A DNA stretch of 64,000 nucleotides. Origin: Nemertoderma westbladi. Taxonomy: Eukaryota; Animalia; Xenacoelomorpha. Every line of letters starts with the position of its first letter. Positions within the stretch are counted from its first letter, which is position 1. Both the position numbers and the translations under genes were made by a program. Positions 39,356 to 52,144 of the stretch are shown here, in pieces. The stretch is from assembly GCA_032718475.1 (NCBI GenBank), contig JAUCBJ010003966.1, positions 25,251 to 89,250 of the forward strand, read 5' to 3'. A model generated the notes under the pieces. It worked only from the letters and a program-made list of their open reading frames with translations, was not told the origin of the DNA and searched no databases.

Positions 39356-40040
39356 CTCGATTTTGTTTTGTCTTACACATTATAGGCCTCTCATAGATCC
39401 CAATGAGCAACCGAATAATACCAGAATACAGGAAAAGGTACCAGTCTGTCAGTCAGTATATAACACGTCAGTCATCACGCCTGTCGGTCTGTGTATTATA
39501 CCATCACGCCCCTGTATTAATTGTTAGTTAGTTTTGTTATAACCTGTTAAATGTTTTTAAATATTGATTTTCCACCAATCAATCACGGAGTAGCAGTAGG
39601 TTGCTCATTGATATAGGCCTTTATAATATATAAGACGAACTAAACTCAAACTTCGAGTTGGAGTCAAAAACATTGACAAAAACTATAGTTATATCTTGGT
39701 TATAAAACGGCCATAGTATAATTGTATAACAGTTCGTTCATGGCTCGCAGTTTTAAATCGCCCCACATACCGGTACTACATAATATAAACTATTACAGAA
39801 TTACTGCTAAATGCAGTGCTGCAATCAGGCAGTATTCCAGATTCCAGCCAAAATAACACTGCGTACTGCTGAAGTCTTCCGTTTTCTCAAAATAGCTTAT
39901 GCTTACCTAAGTTTATTAATGTCTAAAAAAACGTATTAAAATTTGGATAACTATTCAACTAGCACCTATATTTGGTTATTAAAATTAAAATGTAGGTAGG
40001 TAGGGACTACAGCTCTGCGTCTACTGGTTATAATTCAATT

Positions 40041-41628
40041 ATGGTTCTTGAATACAACAGCAACACGTATTGGCGGTGGTGTTCGGACACTTCCCCCCCG
40101 GACAGTTCCCCCCCGCTCAAGTAGGACACTTCCCCCCCGGACACTTCCCCCCCAGACACTTCCCCCCCGCGGACACTTCCCCCCCGACTGTTCTTAACTT
40201 CGCACATTCGTATTTTTCATTTTGTAAGGTAAACGGACCGCTTGTATCCAGATAAGTTGTATCCAATTTTCCTTTCGTAGCTCAGAAAGTGATCTTTTGC
40301 ATCCCGATTTTACATTTTATATCCAAGTTTTATTTATGGGTTTTATCAATGCAATTACATCGTATTGTTTGCTAATCTTTAAACAATTAATTATATTAGA
40401 TGACCTATAAATTCCATCCCCGGAATATACTGTATTTATTAACTATAGAATTATAATAATTAATTGTTTTAATTATAGGTATTATTATGTAATAGTCTTC
40501 TTCAAATTGTAGCAGATGGGGATGAATATTATTGTTGCAATCAAAATTATACTTCTCCAGGGTAAAATCGACATGCGTCGACCTGTATTCTGTGTTCAGC
40601 ATTACATATTGATATACATATTACTACTATACATACTATATAGATATTATACACACTACATTAAATTTCCTGGTTACTTGCAATATTTTTAATAGGATTT
40701 TGTTGAATTATATAATATTGTAGTAATTGATATATTAAATAGGTTAACATTCAATACAGCTCCTACTTTAGGCTTAGTCAATTTATTATCTGATGATACA
40801 AACATGAATTAATTATTTCAAAGTGGTCTTAAGTCTTTCACGACGGGCATTCAGGGAAATGCCGGGGTCTGGGGGCGATAACCCCCAAGAAAAGAAGCGG
40901 GGGTTTGGGGGCGGCAGCCCCCAACAAAAGAAGCGGGGGTTTGGGGGCGGCAGCCCCCAATTAAAAGAAATTAAAAGAATTAAAGGAATTAAAAGAAAAA
41001 CAAAATTTGACTATAAAAATGTTTCTTTTATAATTTTGAAAAAACTTGTCTAGATACAACTTGTCCTGTAACCATCTTTAACTTTTGTTTATTGCTTTGA
41101 TGCACCCAGATTAATTTTAACACTTTAACTGGGGGGGAAGTGTCCGGGGGGCAAGTGTCCGGGGGGGAAGTGTCCGGGGGGGAAGTATCCTACTTGGGCG
41201 GGGGGGAAGTGTCCGGGGGGGAAGTGTCCGGGGGGGAAGTGTCCTAGATCCATTGGCGGTACTTTCGGTATGGAATGGTAGTAATCTACGCGCTGGCCGG
41301 AGTAGCAAAGTTGGGCTTCTCACCTGGAAGCCTTTACTACCATCAACTCGCTTCATTCGAGGCCTATAAATGGGGATTCCCAACCGCGTTACTAGGGCTG
41401 TACCGGCCAACCGGTATGGTCTTTATGACGCTCACGGGTGTCTGGGAGTTGCTCGCAAGTTTCCTTATGGCAACCGCAGACCAGCCCACCAGGCGCCTGG
41501 CTGTCTACTCCTTAATATTTATAATGTGTTACTCCGTTCCGCTGACGTACTCCAACAACGAGATCCCTGCTCCCAGTCTTGTATTTATTGGGCTACTCGG
41601 ACTTTTAGTAGCTAAAGAACAATACTAA
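40041..41628 (+). pseudogene. Second TMEM35/NACHO-like gene, interrupted after codon 12 by a transposon (segments 40041-40077 and 41261-41628)
   Basis: Removing the insertion and one TSD restores a 134-aa ORF, MVLEYNSNTYWRYFRYGMVVIYALAGVAKL..., collinear with the paralogue MATNDYWLVLRLTMGFLYISIGLTKL.... Both share a PTAxxGLYxPT motif. Confidence 0.8.
40078..41251. mobile_element. Non-autonomous Mutator-like (MULE) TIR element, 1174 bp
   Basis: 9-bp TSD ATTGGCGGT at 40069-40077 and 41252-41260. The TIRs start with GG and are built from repeated GGACACTTCCCCCCC motifs. Confidence 0.85.
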
Positions 41629-41713
41629 CTTACTTAGCCCCGACTCCCACTGAATGAACTAAAAATTATCTACATTGTGTGACGTAAATAATTTTAGTCA
41701 TCATATCTTAGTC

Positions 41714-42707
41714 GAATAGGGTTGGTGCGCGAACAAATTGTAGGGCTAGAAACAATCGAATAAGAGATGTGCCCTGAATCGGGCGGCGGGGTGTGTTTTT
41801 TGTAAAAACACGTGGAAACGGTCGAAATGGCTGGTTTAAGTAAGCCCGGGAGGCCAATTTTGAAAATCGGCTGTGATTGGCTGCTACATAGTTAACGTCA
41901 CTACGCAGTGCTCTGATAATATCTTATATTGGTTTCTATGGAGGGTGACTTTAGATCCAATCAAATACACATTTAATCTCATTCATTTCACACGTGGCTT
42001 ATATCAATTGAAAGCGGAGAGTCTTGCGCGACTTTTGACACTCCAATTAATTAAATTAATGGTGATGAACATTGATAAAATAAACTCGCAGATTGCCTGA
42101 CCGGTATGCAAGTAGTACTGAACCACTAAGCCCTATCAACCTATTGCGGTGCAGTATCGGAGTATTGCAGCTTAAGTTCATTAAGATGAAATGTGTACCG
42201 GTCAGCGGTAGCGTAAGAGTGGGTACAGCGGTAGGTTTACTCAACGTAATGAACTTAAGCAACAATACGCCTACTCCGATACTGCAATGCAATAGGCGGC
42301 TAGTGCTGAGTTGGTGAGTGCTTGCATACGGGGTCAGCAATCTACCAAGTTTGCGGAATTGCAAACAGTATTTTATAAATATTAATCATCATGAATTTAA
42401 AAAAATGTAGTGTTAAAGGTCGCGCAAGACTCTCAGCTTTCAATTGATATAAGTCACGTGTGAAATGATGGAGATTAAATGTGTATTTGAATGGATCTAA
42501 AGTCACCCTCCATAGAAACCAATATAAAATATTATCGGAGCACTGCGTAGTGACGTCAACTGTAGCAGCCAATCACAGCCGATTTTCAAAATTGGCTTCC
42601 CGGGCTTACTTAAACCCGTCATTTCGACCGTTTCCACACAGACCACCTTGTTACCCCTTATTCGATTGTTTCTAGCCCAACAATTTTTTCTCGCACCAAC
42701 CCTATTC
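41714..42707. mobile_element. Foldback (palindromic MITE-like) element of about 1 kb
   Basis: Imperfect inverted arms of about 470 bp (GAATAGGGTTGGTGCG...CGCACCAACCCTATTC) around a short centre near 42190-42240. No clear TSD. Confidence 0.8.
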
Positions 42708-44015
42708 TAAGGGAAATTTAAAATAAAATGTAATTTATTTCTCAGGAAAATTTAAATTTAAACAACTTTTCTCAAGGCGTCGAAAGTTCCCTCTATCTGA
42801 ATAATTCATATAATATATACCGGTGTATTTTTAATATTCTAATAAATTTTATGGAATATTAACTGTAGCCTCACCCCCGATCAGCATTTAAAATGGAAAA
42901 TCTTTTATTTATTGTCATATTGTTGAAAATATTGCGTATTATTATAATATTATTATATCATATTATATTTATTAAGTATTATAAATAATATATTTTATTT
43001 GTTGTTACATTAGTTTTTGCAGAAATGGCCTAATTTTTCGATGGTGCTAATTTTAATTTTGCGTTATAAAATAAGTTAATCTGTTATAGCCTAATTAATA
43101 ACCGCATATTTTTATGACATCGACCACCCCACCCACACCATGGGCATCGCTTCATCCTTCATCTCCACCTATACGCACTGACCTGTCGTGTTGTATTAAA
43201 CTGGACTGGACATTATTTAAGTAACCAAAACTTAAATTAGCTATATAGCCTGTATTAGCCTGCCCTTGTCCTCTTTATAGGAGTAAAAAAACTTTCGAGA
43301 AATCTCATGTATTATAAAATGCCTAGATATATAAAAACGTGACTGACCTTTTTTTGAAATGGTTCACGCACGTAGTTTATTCCCCACGCACGTATTTAAT
43401 TTCACACATGTTTTTAATATAATTTCTGCAACATTTTTAATATATCTACTGCAGTCTGACTGAATTGCTGCTACATAAAAATATTTATCATATTCAATAA
43501 AAAGCATCAAGTGTTTTTATTATTGATAATATAGACATTCATGTATATCTGTAGCACTGTAGGTAGTATCTCTAAGCTATACGGCATATAAATTCAGATA
43601 TAGCAAATACCGAAAAATCCCGATATTTTTACATCCGGGATTGGGATTTTCTAAAAGAATCCCCATTTTCGGGATCGGGATCTGGATCCCGTTGCAACTG
43701 TGCCTTAATAACTGACTAAACATATGAAATCAGAAAAGTTTTAGCTATACTTCTGAAAGAATGATATGTTTGTGAAAAAATGCAATTTATCTCATTTGTT
43801 ACATAAATGATACCGGTAATTCCGGTATACCAATTCCGGTAACCGGAACCGGAACTGTAAATTCCGGCCGGAACCCGACGAACCTGATTTCCGCTCGACT
43901 CCTCGTCTTAATGTTAGAAACAATCGACTCGACTAGAACTCACTTATTACTTAATTCAACTTAATTATTATGGTACACATAGACCACCATTATACTTCCA
44001 CACTATTCAACTAAC

Positions 44016-44182
44016 CCCGTAATCTCTTCTGTAACTGTGTGTTCCACCTGTAATCTCGCGTTAACCTCTATGAAGTAATAATTGTTGGCGTGTTCGTCCA
44101 ATAAGAATTCAACCGTACCGGCGTTCTCGTAGTTAACGTGCTTGGCTAATCGAACCGCATCCGCGCATAAATGTGATCTAAT
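44016..44182 (-). CDS. PC: PC exon 6
   Basis: [29 protein letters not shown]...[20 protein letters not shown]; TAG acceptor, GTTAGT donor. Confidence 0.94.
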
Positions 44183-44271
44183 CTAAAAGATCAACGACGA
44201 TAATTATTAATGAAACAAATTAACAACAATTGTGATTCATTAATAGAAACCAACAAACAACTTTTTTTTGT

Positions 44272-47200
44272 CAACTCACTAAGTTCGGTGCCGTTGCTAT
44301 CTCAACTCACTAAGTTCGGTGCCGTTGTTATCTCACCTTGGGGTCTAAGTTTGGTTCCGGTGCTATCTCAACTCACTAAGTTTGGTGCCGGTGCTATCTC
44401 AACTCACTAAGTTTGGTTCCGTTGCTATCTCAACTCACTAAGTTCGGTGCCGCTGCTATCTCAACTCACTAAGTTTGGTGCCGGTGCTATCTCAACTCAC
44501 TAAGTTTGGTGCCGGTGCTATCTTAACTCACTAAGTTTGGTTCCGGTGCTATCTCAACTCACTAAGTTTGGTTCCGTTGCTATCTCAACTCACTAAGTTT
44601 GGTGCCGGTGCTATCTCAACTCACTAAGTTTGGTGCCAGTGCTATCTCAACTCACTAAGTTTGGTGCCGGGCCGGTGCTATCTTAACTCACTAAGTTTGG
44701 TTCCGTTGCTATCTCAACTCACTAAGTTTGGTTCCGGTGCTATCTCAACTCACTAAGTTTGGTTCCGGTGCTATCTCAACTCACTAAGTTCGGTGCCGTT
44801 GCTATCTCAACTCACTAAGTTTGGTTCCGGTGCTATCTCAACTCACTAAGTTTGGTTCCGTTGCTATCTCAACTCACTAAGTTTGGTGCCGGTGCTATCT
44901 CAACTCACTAAGTTTGGTGCCAGTGCTATCTCAACTCACTAAGTTTGGTGCCGGGCCGGTGCTATCTTAACTCACTAAGTTTGGTTCCGTTGCTATCTCA
45001 ACTCACTAAGTTTGGTTCCGGTGCTATCTCAACTCACTAAGTTTGGTTCCGGTGCTATCTCAACTCACTAAGTTCGGTGCCGTTGCTATCTCAACTCACT
45101 AAGTTTGGTTCCGGTGCTATCTCAACTCACTAAGTTTGGTGCCGGTGCTATCTCAACTCACTAAGTTCGGTGCCGTTGCTATCTCAACTCACTAAGTTTG
45201 GTGCCGGTGCTATCTCAACTCACTAAGTTTGGTTCCGTTGCTATCTCAATTCACTAAGTTTGGTTCCGGTGCTATCTAAACTCACTAAGTTTGGTGCCGG
45301 TGCTATCTCAACTCACTAAGTTTGGTGCCGGTGCTATCTAAACTCACTAAGTTTGGTGCCGGTGCTATCTCAACTCACTAAGTTTGGTGCCGGTGCTATC
45401 TCAACTCACTAAGTTTGGTGCCGGTGCTATCTTAACTCACTAAGTTTGGTGCCGGGGCTATCCCAACTCACTAAGTTTGGTGCCGGTGCTATCTTAACTC
45501 ACTAGGTTTGGTTCCGGTGCTATCTCAACTCACTAAGTTCGGTGCCGGTGCTATCTCAACTCACTAAGTTTGGTTCCGGTGCTATCTCAACTCACTAAGT
45601 TTGGTTCCGTTGCTATCTCAACTCACTAAGTTTGGTGCCGGTGCTATCTCAACTCACTAAGTTTGGTGCCGGTGCTATCTCAACTCACTAAGTTTGGTGC
45701 CGGTGCTATCTCAACTCACTAAGTTTGGTTCCGGTGCTATCTAAACTCACTAAGTTTGGTGCCGGTGCTATCTCAACTCACTAAGTTTGGTGCCGGTGCT
45801 ATCTAAACTCACTAAGTTTGGTGCCGGTGCTATCTCAACTCACTAAGTTTGGTGCCGGTGCTATCTCAACTCACTAAGTTTGGTGCCGGTGCTATCTTAA
45901 CTCACTAAGTTTGGTGCCGGGGCTATCCCAACTCACTAAGTTTGGTGCCGGTGCTATCTTAACTCACTAGGTTTGGTGCCGGTGCTATCTCAACTCACTA
46001 AGTTTGGTGCCGGGCCGGTGCTATCTCAACTCACTAGGTTTGGTGCCGGTGCTATCTCAACTCACTAAGTTTGGTGCCGGTGCTATCTCAACTCACTAAG
46101 TTTGGTGCCGGTGCTATCTCAACTCACTAAGTTCGGTGCCGTTGCTATCTCAACTCACTAAGTTCGGTGCCGTTGCTATCTCAACTCACTAAGTTTGGTG
46201 CCGGTGCTATCTCAACTCACTAAGTTTGGTTCCGTTGCTATCTCAACTCACTAAGTTTGGTGCCGGTGCTATCTCAACTCACTAAGTTTGGTGCCGTTGC
46301 TATCTCAACTCACTAAGTTTGGTGCCGTTGCTATCTCAACTCACTAAGTTTGGTGCCGGTGCTATCTTAACTCACTAAGTTTGGTGCCGGTGCTATCTAA
46401 ACTCACTAAGTTTGGTTCCGGTGCTATCTAAACTCACTAAGTTTGGTGCCGGTGCTATCTCAACTCACTAAGTTTGGTGCCGGTGCTATCTTAACTCACT
46501 ATGTTTGGTGCCGGTGCTATCTCAACTCAGTAAGTTTGGTTCCGGTGCTATCTAAACTCACTAAGTTTGGTGCCGGTGCTATCTCAACTCACTAGGTTTG
46601 GTGCCGGTGCTATCTCAACTCACTAAGTTTGGTGCCGGTGCTATCTCAACTCACTAAGTTTGGTTCCGTTGCTATCTCAACTCACTAAGTTTGGTTCCGT
46701 TGCTATCTCAACTCACTAAGTTTGGTGCCGTTGCTATCTCAACTCACTAAGTTTGGTTCCGTTGCTATCTCAACTCACTAAGTTTGGTTCCGTTGCTATC
46801 TCAACTCACTAAGTTTGGTTCCGGTGCTATCTAAACTCACTAAGTTTGGTGCCGGTGCTATCTCAACTCACTAGGTTTGGTGCCGGTGCTATCTCAACTC
46901 ACTAAGTTTGGTGCCGGTGCTATCTCAACTCACTAAGTTTGGTTCCGTTGCTATCTCAACTCACTAAGTTTGGTTCCGTTGCTATCTCAACTCACTAAGT
47001 TTGGTTCCGGTGCTATCTAAACTCACTAAGTTTGGTGACGGTGCTATCTCAACTCACTAGGTTTGGTGCCGGTGCTATCTCAACTCACTAAGTTTGGTGC
47101 CGGTGCTATCTCAACTCACTAAGTTTGGTTCCGTTGCTATCTCAACTCACTAAGTTTGGTTCCGTTGCTATCTCAACTCACTAAGTTTGGTTCCGTTGCT

Positions 47201-50200
47201 ATCTCAACTCAAACTCACTAAGTTTGGTGCCGGTGCTATCTCAACTCACTAAGTTTGGTGCCGTTGCTATCTCAACTCACTAAGTTTGGTGCCGGTGCTA
47301 TCTTAACTCACTAAGTTTGGTGCCGGTGCTATCTAAACTCACTAAGTTTGGTTCCGGTGCTATCTCAACTCACTAAGTTTGGTGCCGGTGCTATCTCAAC
47401 TCACTAAGTTCGGTGCCGTTGCTATCTCAACTCACTAAGTTTGGTGCCGTTGCTATCTCAACTCACTAAGTTTGGTGCCGGTGCTATCTTAACTCACTAA
47501 GTTTGGTGCCGGTGCTATCTAAACTCACTAAGTTTGGTTCCGGTGCTATCTAAACTCACTAAGTTTGGTGCCGGTGCTATCTCAACTCACTAAGTTTGGT
47601 GCCGGTGCTATCTTAACTCACTATGTTTGGTGCCGGTGCTATCTCAACTCACTAAGTTTGGTTCCGGTGCTATCTAAACTCACTAAGTTTGGTGCCGGTG
47701 CTATCTCAACTCACTAAGTTTGGTGCCGGTGCTATCTCAACTCACTAAGTTTGGTGCCGGTGCTATCTTAACTCACTATGTTTGGTGCCGGTGCTATCTC
47801 AACTCAGTAAGTTTGGTTCCGGTGCTATCTAAACTCACTAAGTTTGGTGCCGGTGCTATCTCAACTCACTAGGTTTGGTGCCGGTGCTATCTCAACTCAC
47901 TAAGTTTGGTGCCGGTGCTATCTCAACTCACTAAGTTTGGTTCCGTTGCTATCTCAACTCACTAAGTTTGGTTCCGTTGCTATCTCAACTCACTAAGTTT
48001 GGTGCCGTTGCTATCTCAACTCACTAAGTTTGGTTCCGTTGCTATCTCAACTCACTAAGTTTGGTTCCGTTGCTATCTCAACTCACTAAGTTTGGTTCCG
48101 GTGCTATCTAAACTCACTAAGTTTGGTGCCGGTGCTATCTCAACTCACTAGGTTTGGTGCCGGTGCTATCTCAACTCACTAAGTTTGGTGCCGGTGCTAT
48201 CTCAACTCACTAAGTTTGGTTCCGTTGCTATCTCAACTCACTAAGTTTGGTTCCGTTGCTATCTCAACTCACTAAGTTTGGTTCCGGTGCTATCTAAACT
48301 CACTAAGTTTGGTGCCGGTGCTATCTCAACTCACTAGGTTTGGTGCCGGTGCTATCTCAACTCACTAAGTTTGGTGCCGGTGCTATCTCAACTCACTAAG
48401 TTTGGTTCCGTTGCTATCTCAACTCACTAAGTTTGGTTCCGTTGCTATCTCAACTCACTAAGTTTGGTTCCGTTGCTATCTCAACTCACTAAGTTTGGTG
48501 CCGGTGCTATCTCAACTCACTAAGTTTGGTGCCGTTGCTATCTCAACTCACTAAGTTTGGTGCCGGTGCTATCTTAACTCACTAAGTTTGGTGCCGGTGC
48601 TATCTAAACTCACTAAGTTTGGTTCCGGTGCTATCTCAACTCACTAAGTTTGGTGCCGGTGCTATCTCAACTCACTAAGTTCGGTGCCGTTGCTATCTCA
48701 ACTCACTAAGTTTGGTGCCGTTGCTATCTCAACTCACTAAGTTTGGTGCCGGTGCTATCTTAACTCACTAAGTTTGGTGCCGGTGCTATCTAAACTCACT
48801 AAGTTTGGTGCCGGTGCTATCTCAACTCACTAAGTTTGGTGCCGGTGCTATCTTAACTCACTATGTTTGGTGCCGGTGCTATCTCAACTCACTAAGTTTG
48901 GTTCCGGTGCTATCTAAACTCACTAAGTTTGGTGCCGGTGCTATCTCAACTCACTAAGTTTGGTGCCGGTGCTATCTCAACTCACTAAGTTTGGTGCCGG
49001 TGCTATCTCAACTCACTAAGTTTGGTTCCGTTGCTATCTCAACTCACTAAGTTTGGTTCCGTTGCTATCTCAACTCACTAAGTTTGGTGCCGGTGCTATC
49101 TCAACTCACTAAGTTTGGTGCCGGTGCTATCTCAACTCACTAAGTTTGGTTCCGTTGCTATCTCAACTCACTAAGTTTGGTTCCGTTGCTATCTCAACTC
49201 ACTAAGTTTGGTGCCCGTGCTATCTCAACTCACTAAGTTTGGTTCCGTTGCTATCTCAACTCACTAAGTTTGGTTCCGGTGCTATCTCAACTCACTAAGT
49301 TTTGTGCCGGGCCGGTGCTATCTCAACTCACTAAGTTTGGTTCCGTTGCTATCTCAACTCACTAAGTTTGGTGCCGGTGCTATCTCAACTCACTAAGTTT
49401 GGTTCCGGTGCTATCTCAACTCACTAAGTTTGGTGCCGGGCCGGTGCTATCTCAACTCACTAAGTTTGGTTCCGTTGCTATCTCAACTCACTAAGTTTGG
49501 TGCCGGTGCTATCTCAACTCACTAAGTTTGGTGCCGGTGCTATCTCAACTCACTAAGTTTGGTGCCGGTGCTATCTCAACTCACTAAGTTTGGTTCCGGT
49601 GCTATCTTAACTCACTAAGTTTGGTTCCGTTGCTATCTCAACTCACTAAGTTTGGTTCCGGTGCTATCTCAACTCACTAAGTTTGGTGCCGGGCCGGTGC
49701 TATCTCAACTCACTAAGTTTGGTTCCGTTGCTATCTCAACTCACTAAGTTTGGTGCCGGTGCTATCTCAACTCACTAAGTTTGGTTCCGGTGCTATCTCA
49801 ACTCACTAAGTTTGGTGCCGGGCCGGTGCTATCTCAACTCACTAAGTTTGGTTCCGTTGCTATCTCAACTCACTAAGTTTGGTGCCGGTGCTATCTCAAC
49901 TCACTAAGTTTGGTTCCGGTGCTATCTCAACTCAGTAAGTTTGGTGCCGGGCCGGTGCTATCTCAACTCACTAAGTTTGGTGCCGGGCCGGTGCTATCTC
50001 AACTCACTAAGTTTGGTTCCGTTGCTATCTCAACTCACTAAGTTCGGTGCCGTTGCTATCTCAACTCACTAAGTTTGGTGCCAGTGCTATCTCAACTCAC
50101 TAAGTTTGGTGCCGGGCCGGTGCTATCTCAACTCACTAAGTTTGGTTCCGTTGCTATGTCAACTCACTAAGTTTGGTGCCGGTGCTATCTCAACTCACTA

Positions 50201-51260
50201 AGTTTGGTGCCGGTGCTATCTCAACTCACTAAGTTTGGTTCCGTTGCTATCTCAACTCACTAAGTTTGGTGCCGGTGCTATCTAAACTCACTAAGTTTGG
50301 TTCCGGTGCTATCTAAACTCACTAAGTTTGGTTCCGTTGCTATCTCAACTCACTAAGTTTGGTGCCGTTGCTATCTCAACTCACTAAGTTTGGTGCCGGT
50401 GCTATCTCAACTCACTAAGTTTGGTGCCGGTGCTATCTAAACTCACTAAGTTTGGTTCCGGTGCTATCTAAACTCACTAAGTTTGGTGCCGGTGCTATCT
50501 CAACTCACTAAGTTTGGTGCCGGTGCTATCTAAACTCACTAAGTTTGGTTCCGGTGCTATCTAAACTCACTAAGTTCGGTGCCGGTGCTATCTCAACTCA
50601 CTAAGTTTGGTTCCGGTGCTATCTTAACTCACTAAGTTCGGTGCCGTTGTTATCTCACCTTGGGGTCTAAGTTTGGTTCCGGTGCTATCTCAACTCACTA
50701 AGTTCGGTGCCGGTGCTATCTCAACTCACTAAGTTTGGTGCCGGTGCTATCTCAACTCACTAAGTTTGGTTCCGTTGCTATCTCAACTCACTAAGTTTGG
50801 TGCCGTTGCTATCTCAACTCACTAAGTTTGGTGCCGGTGCTATCTCAACTCACTAAGTTTGGTGCCGGTGCTATCTAAACTCACTAAGTTTGGTTACGGT
50901 GCTATCTAAACTCACTAAGTTCGGTGCCGGTGCTATCTCAACTCACTAAGTTTGGTTCCGGTGCTATCTCAACTCACTAAGTTTGGTTCCGTTGCTATCT
51001 CAACTCACTAAGTTTGGTTCCGTTGCTATCTCAACTCACTAAGTTTGGTGCCGGTGCTATCTCAACTCACTAAGTTTGGTTCCGGTGCTATCTTAACTCA
51101 CTAAGTTCGGTGCCGTTGTTATCTCACCTTGGGGTCTAAGTTTGGTGCCGGTGCTATCTCAACTCACTAAGTTTGGTGCCGGTGCTATCTAAACTCACTA
51201 AGTTTGGTGCCGTTGTTATCTCACCTTGGGGTCTAAGTTTGGTGCCGGTGCTATCTCAAC
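44272..51260 (-). repeat. 31-bp tandem array derived from the PC exon-5 3' end and donor (about 225 copies)
   Basis: Unit GTTGAGATAGCACCGGCACCAAACTTA|GTGA is VEIAPAPNL plus GTGA, which creates GTGAGT at each unit join. Full copies of the true end (GACCCCAAG|GTGAGA) occur near 44335, 50660 and 51128. Confidence 0.95.
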
Positions 51261-51331
51261 AACTTTCTGATGCCGTCGTTGTACCGAACAATCTCTCTCG
51301 TACAGGTGAATCACATTACGAGCTTTATCTC
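51225..51331 (-). CDS. PC: PC exon 5
   Basis: [36 protein letters not shown]; TAG acceptor, GTGAGA donor. Confidence 0.92.
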
Positions 51332-51391
51332 CTAAACACAAGAAGATCAGGTTTAAGACGAATACTTGACTCCCAACACTTATACCTATGC

Positions 51392-51645
51392 TGTTCTACA
51401 AAAACCAACACTAACCCAATATTTGTACTTGTGTCTCTGCCTTTCTACAAAAACCAACACTAACCCAATATTTGTACTTGTGTCTCTGCCTTTCTACACA
51501 AACCAATACTAACCCAAAATTTGTACTTCTATGTGTCTCTGCCTTTCTACACAAACCAACACTAACCCAGTATTTGTACTTCTATGTGTCTATGCTGTTC
51601 TACACAAACCAACACTAACCCAATATTTGTACTTCTATGTGTCTC
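51392..51645 (-). repeat. Tandem array of about 51-55 bp made of the PC exon-4 donor junction (5 copies)
   Basis: Repeated GACAC(ATAG)AAGTACAAATATTGG|GTTAGTGTTGGTTTGTGTAGAA. Confidence 0.9.
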
Positions 51646-51883
51646 GGTCGCTCTATAAACTTCTCTATAAACAATGAGCCGTCCCCGAATGCGCTCAATG
51701 CCTCAGAGTAGGCCCGATCGAAGTTATCCTCCAACTCTTCCAGCTTGCGAACAACCCGCATACCCCGGCCCCCGCCGCCGTAAGCCGCCTTGAATATAAC
51801 CGGTAGACCGTAGGACTCGCAGAAGGAGCGAGCCTCACGTGCGTTAGATATCGGACCAGGAGTTCCCGGAACAACTTGAACGC
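51620..51883 (-). CDS. PC: PC exon 4
   Basis: [11 protein letters not shown]...[14 protein letters not shown]...[11 protein letters not shown]; TAG acceptor, GTTAGT donor. Confidence 0.94.
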
Positions 51884-51978
51884 CTAAAGAAATAGAAAAG
51901 AATATTAAAACATTTGCGAATCGTCGGTTAATCGTTAAACATCATAAAGTAATACCAATCGTTACTGTGGGAACCAAC

Positions 51979-52144
51979 CTGCCTCGATAGCCATCTCCCT
52001 CGCCACCACTTTGTCGCCCATGCGTCGCACCACGTCGGAAGGGGGTCCGATGAAAACCACACCGGCGGCCTCACATTCCGCTGCGAAATCAGCGCGTTCC
52101 GAAAGGAAACCGTAGCCGGGATGTATAGCATCTACACCGTTCTC
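51979..52144 (-). CDS. PC: PC exon 3
   Basis: [55 protein letters not shown]; TAG acceptor, GTTGGT donor. Confidence 0.93.

Noticed and set aside
40078-41251. The Mutator-like insertion being spliced out as a new intron (introner-like)
   Set aside because: The only nearby AG (41246-41247) needs a phase-0 donor and is preceded by G-rich rather than pyrimidine-rich sequence. The GT sites near the left end are phase 1 or 2.
43610-43900. ATCCCG- and CCGGAA-rich patches as transposon ends
   Set aside because: Probably decayed TE fragments, but I found no paired TIRs or TSD.
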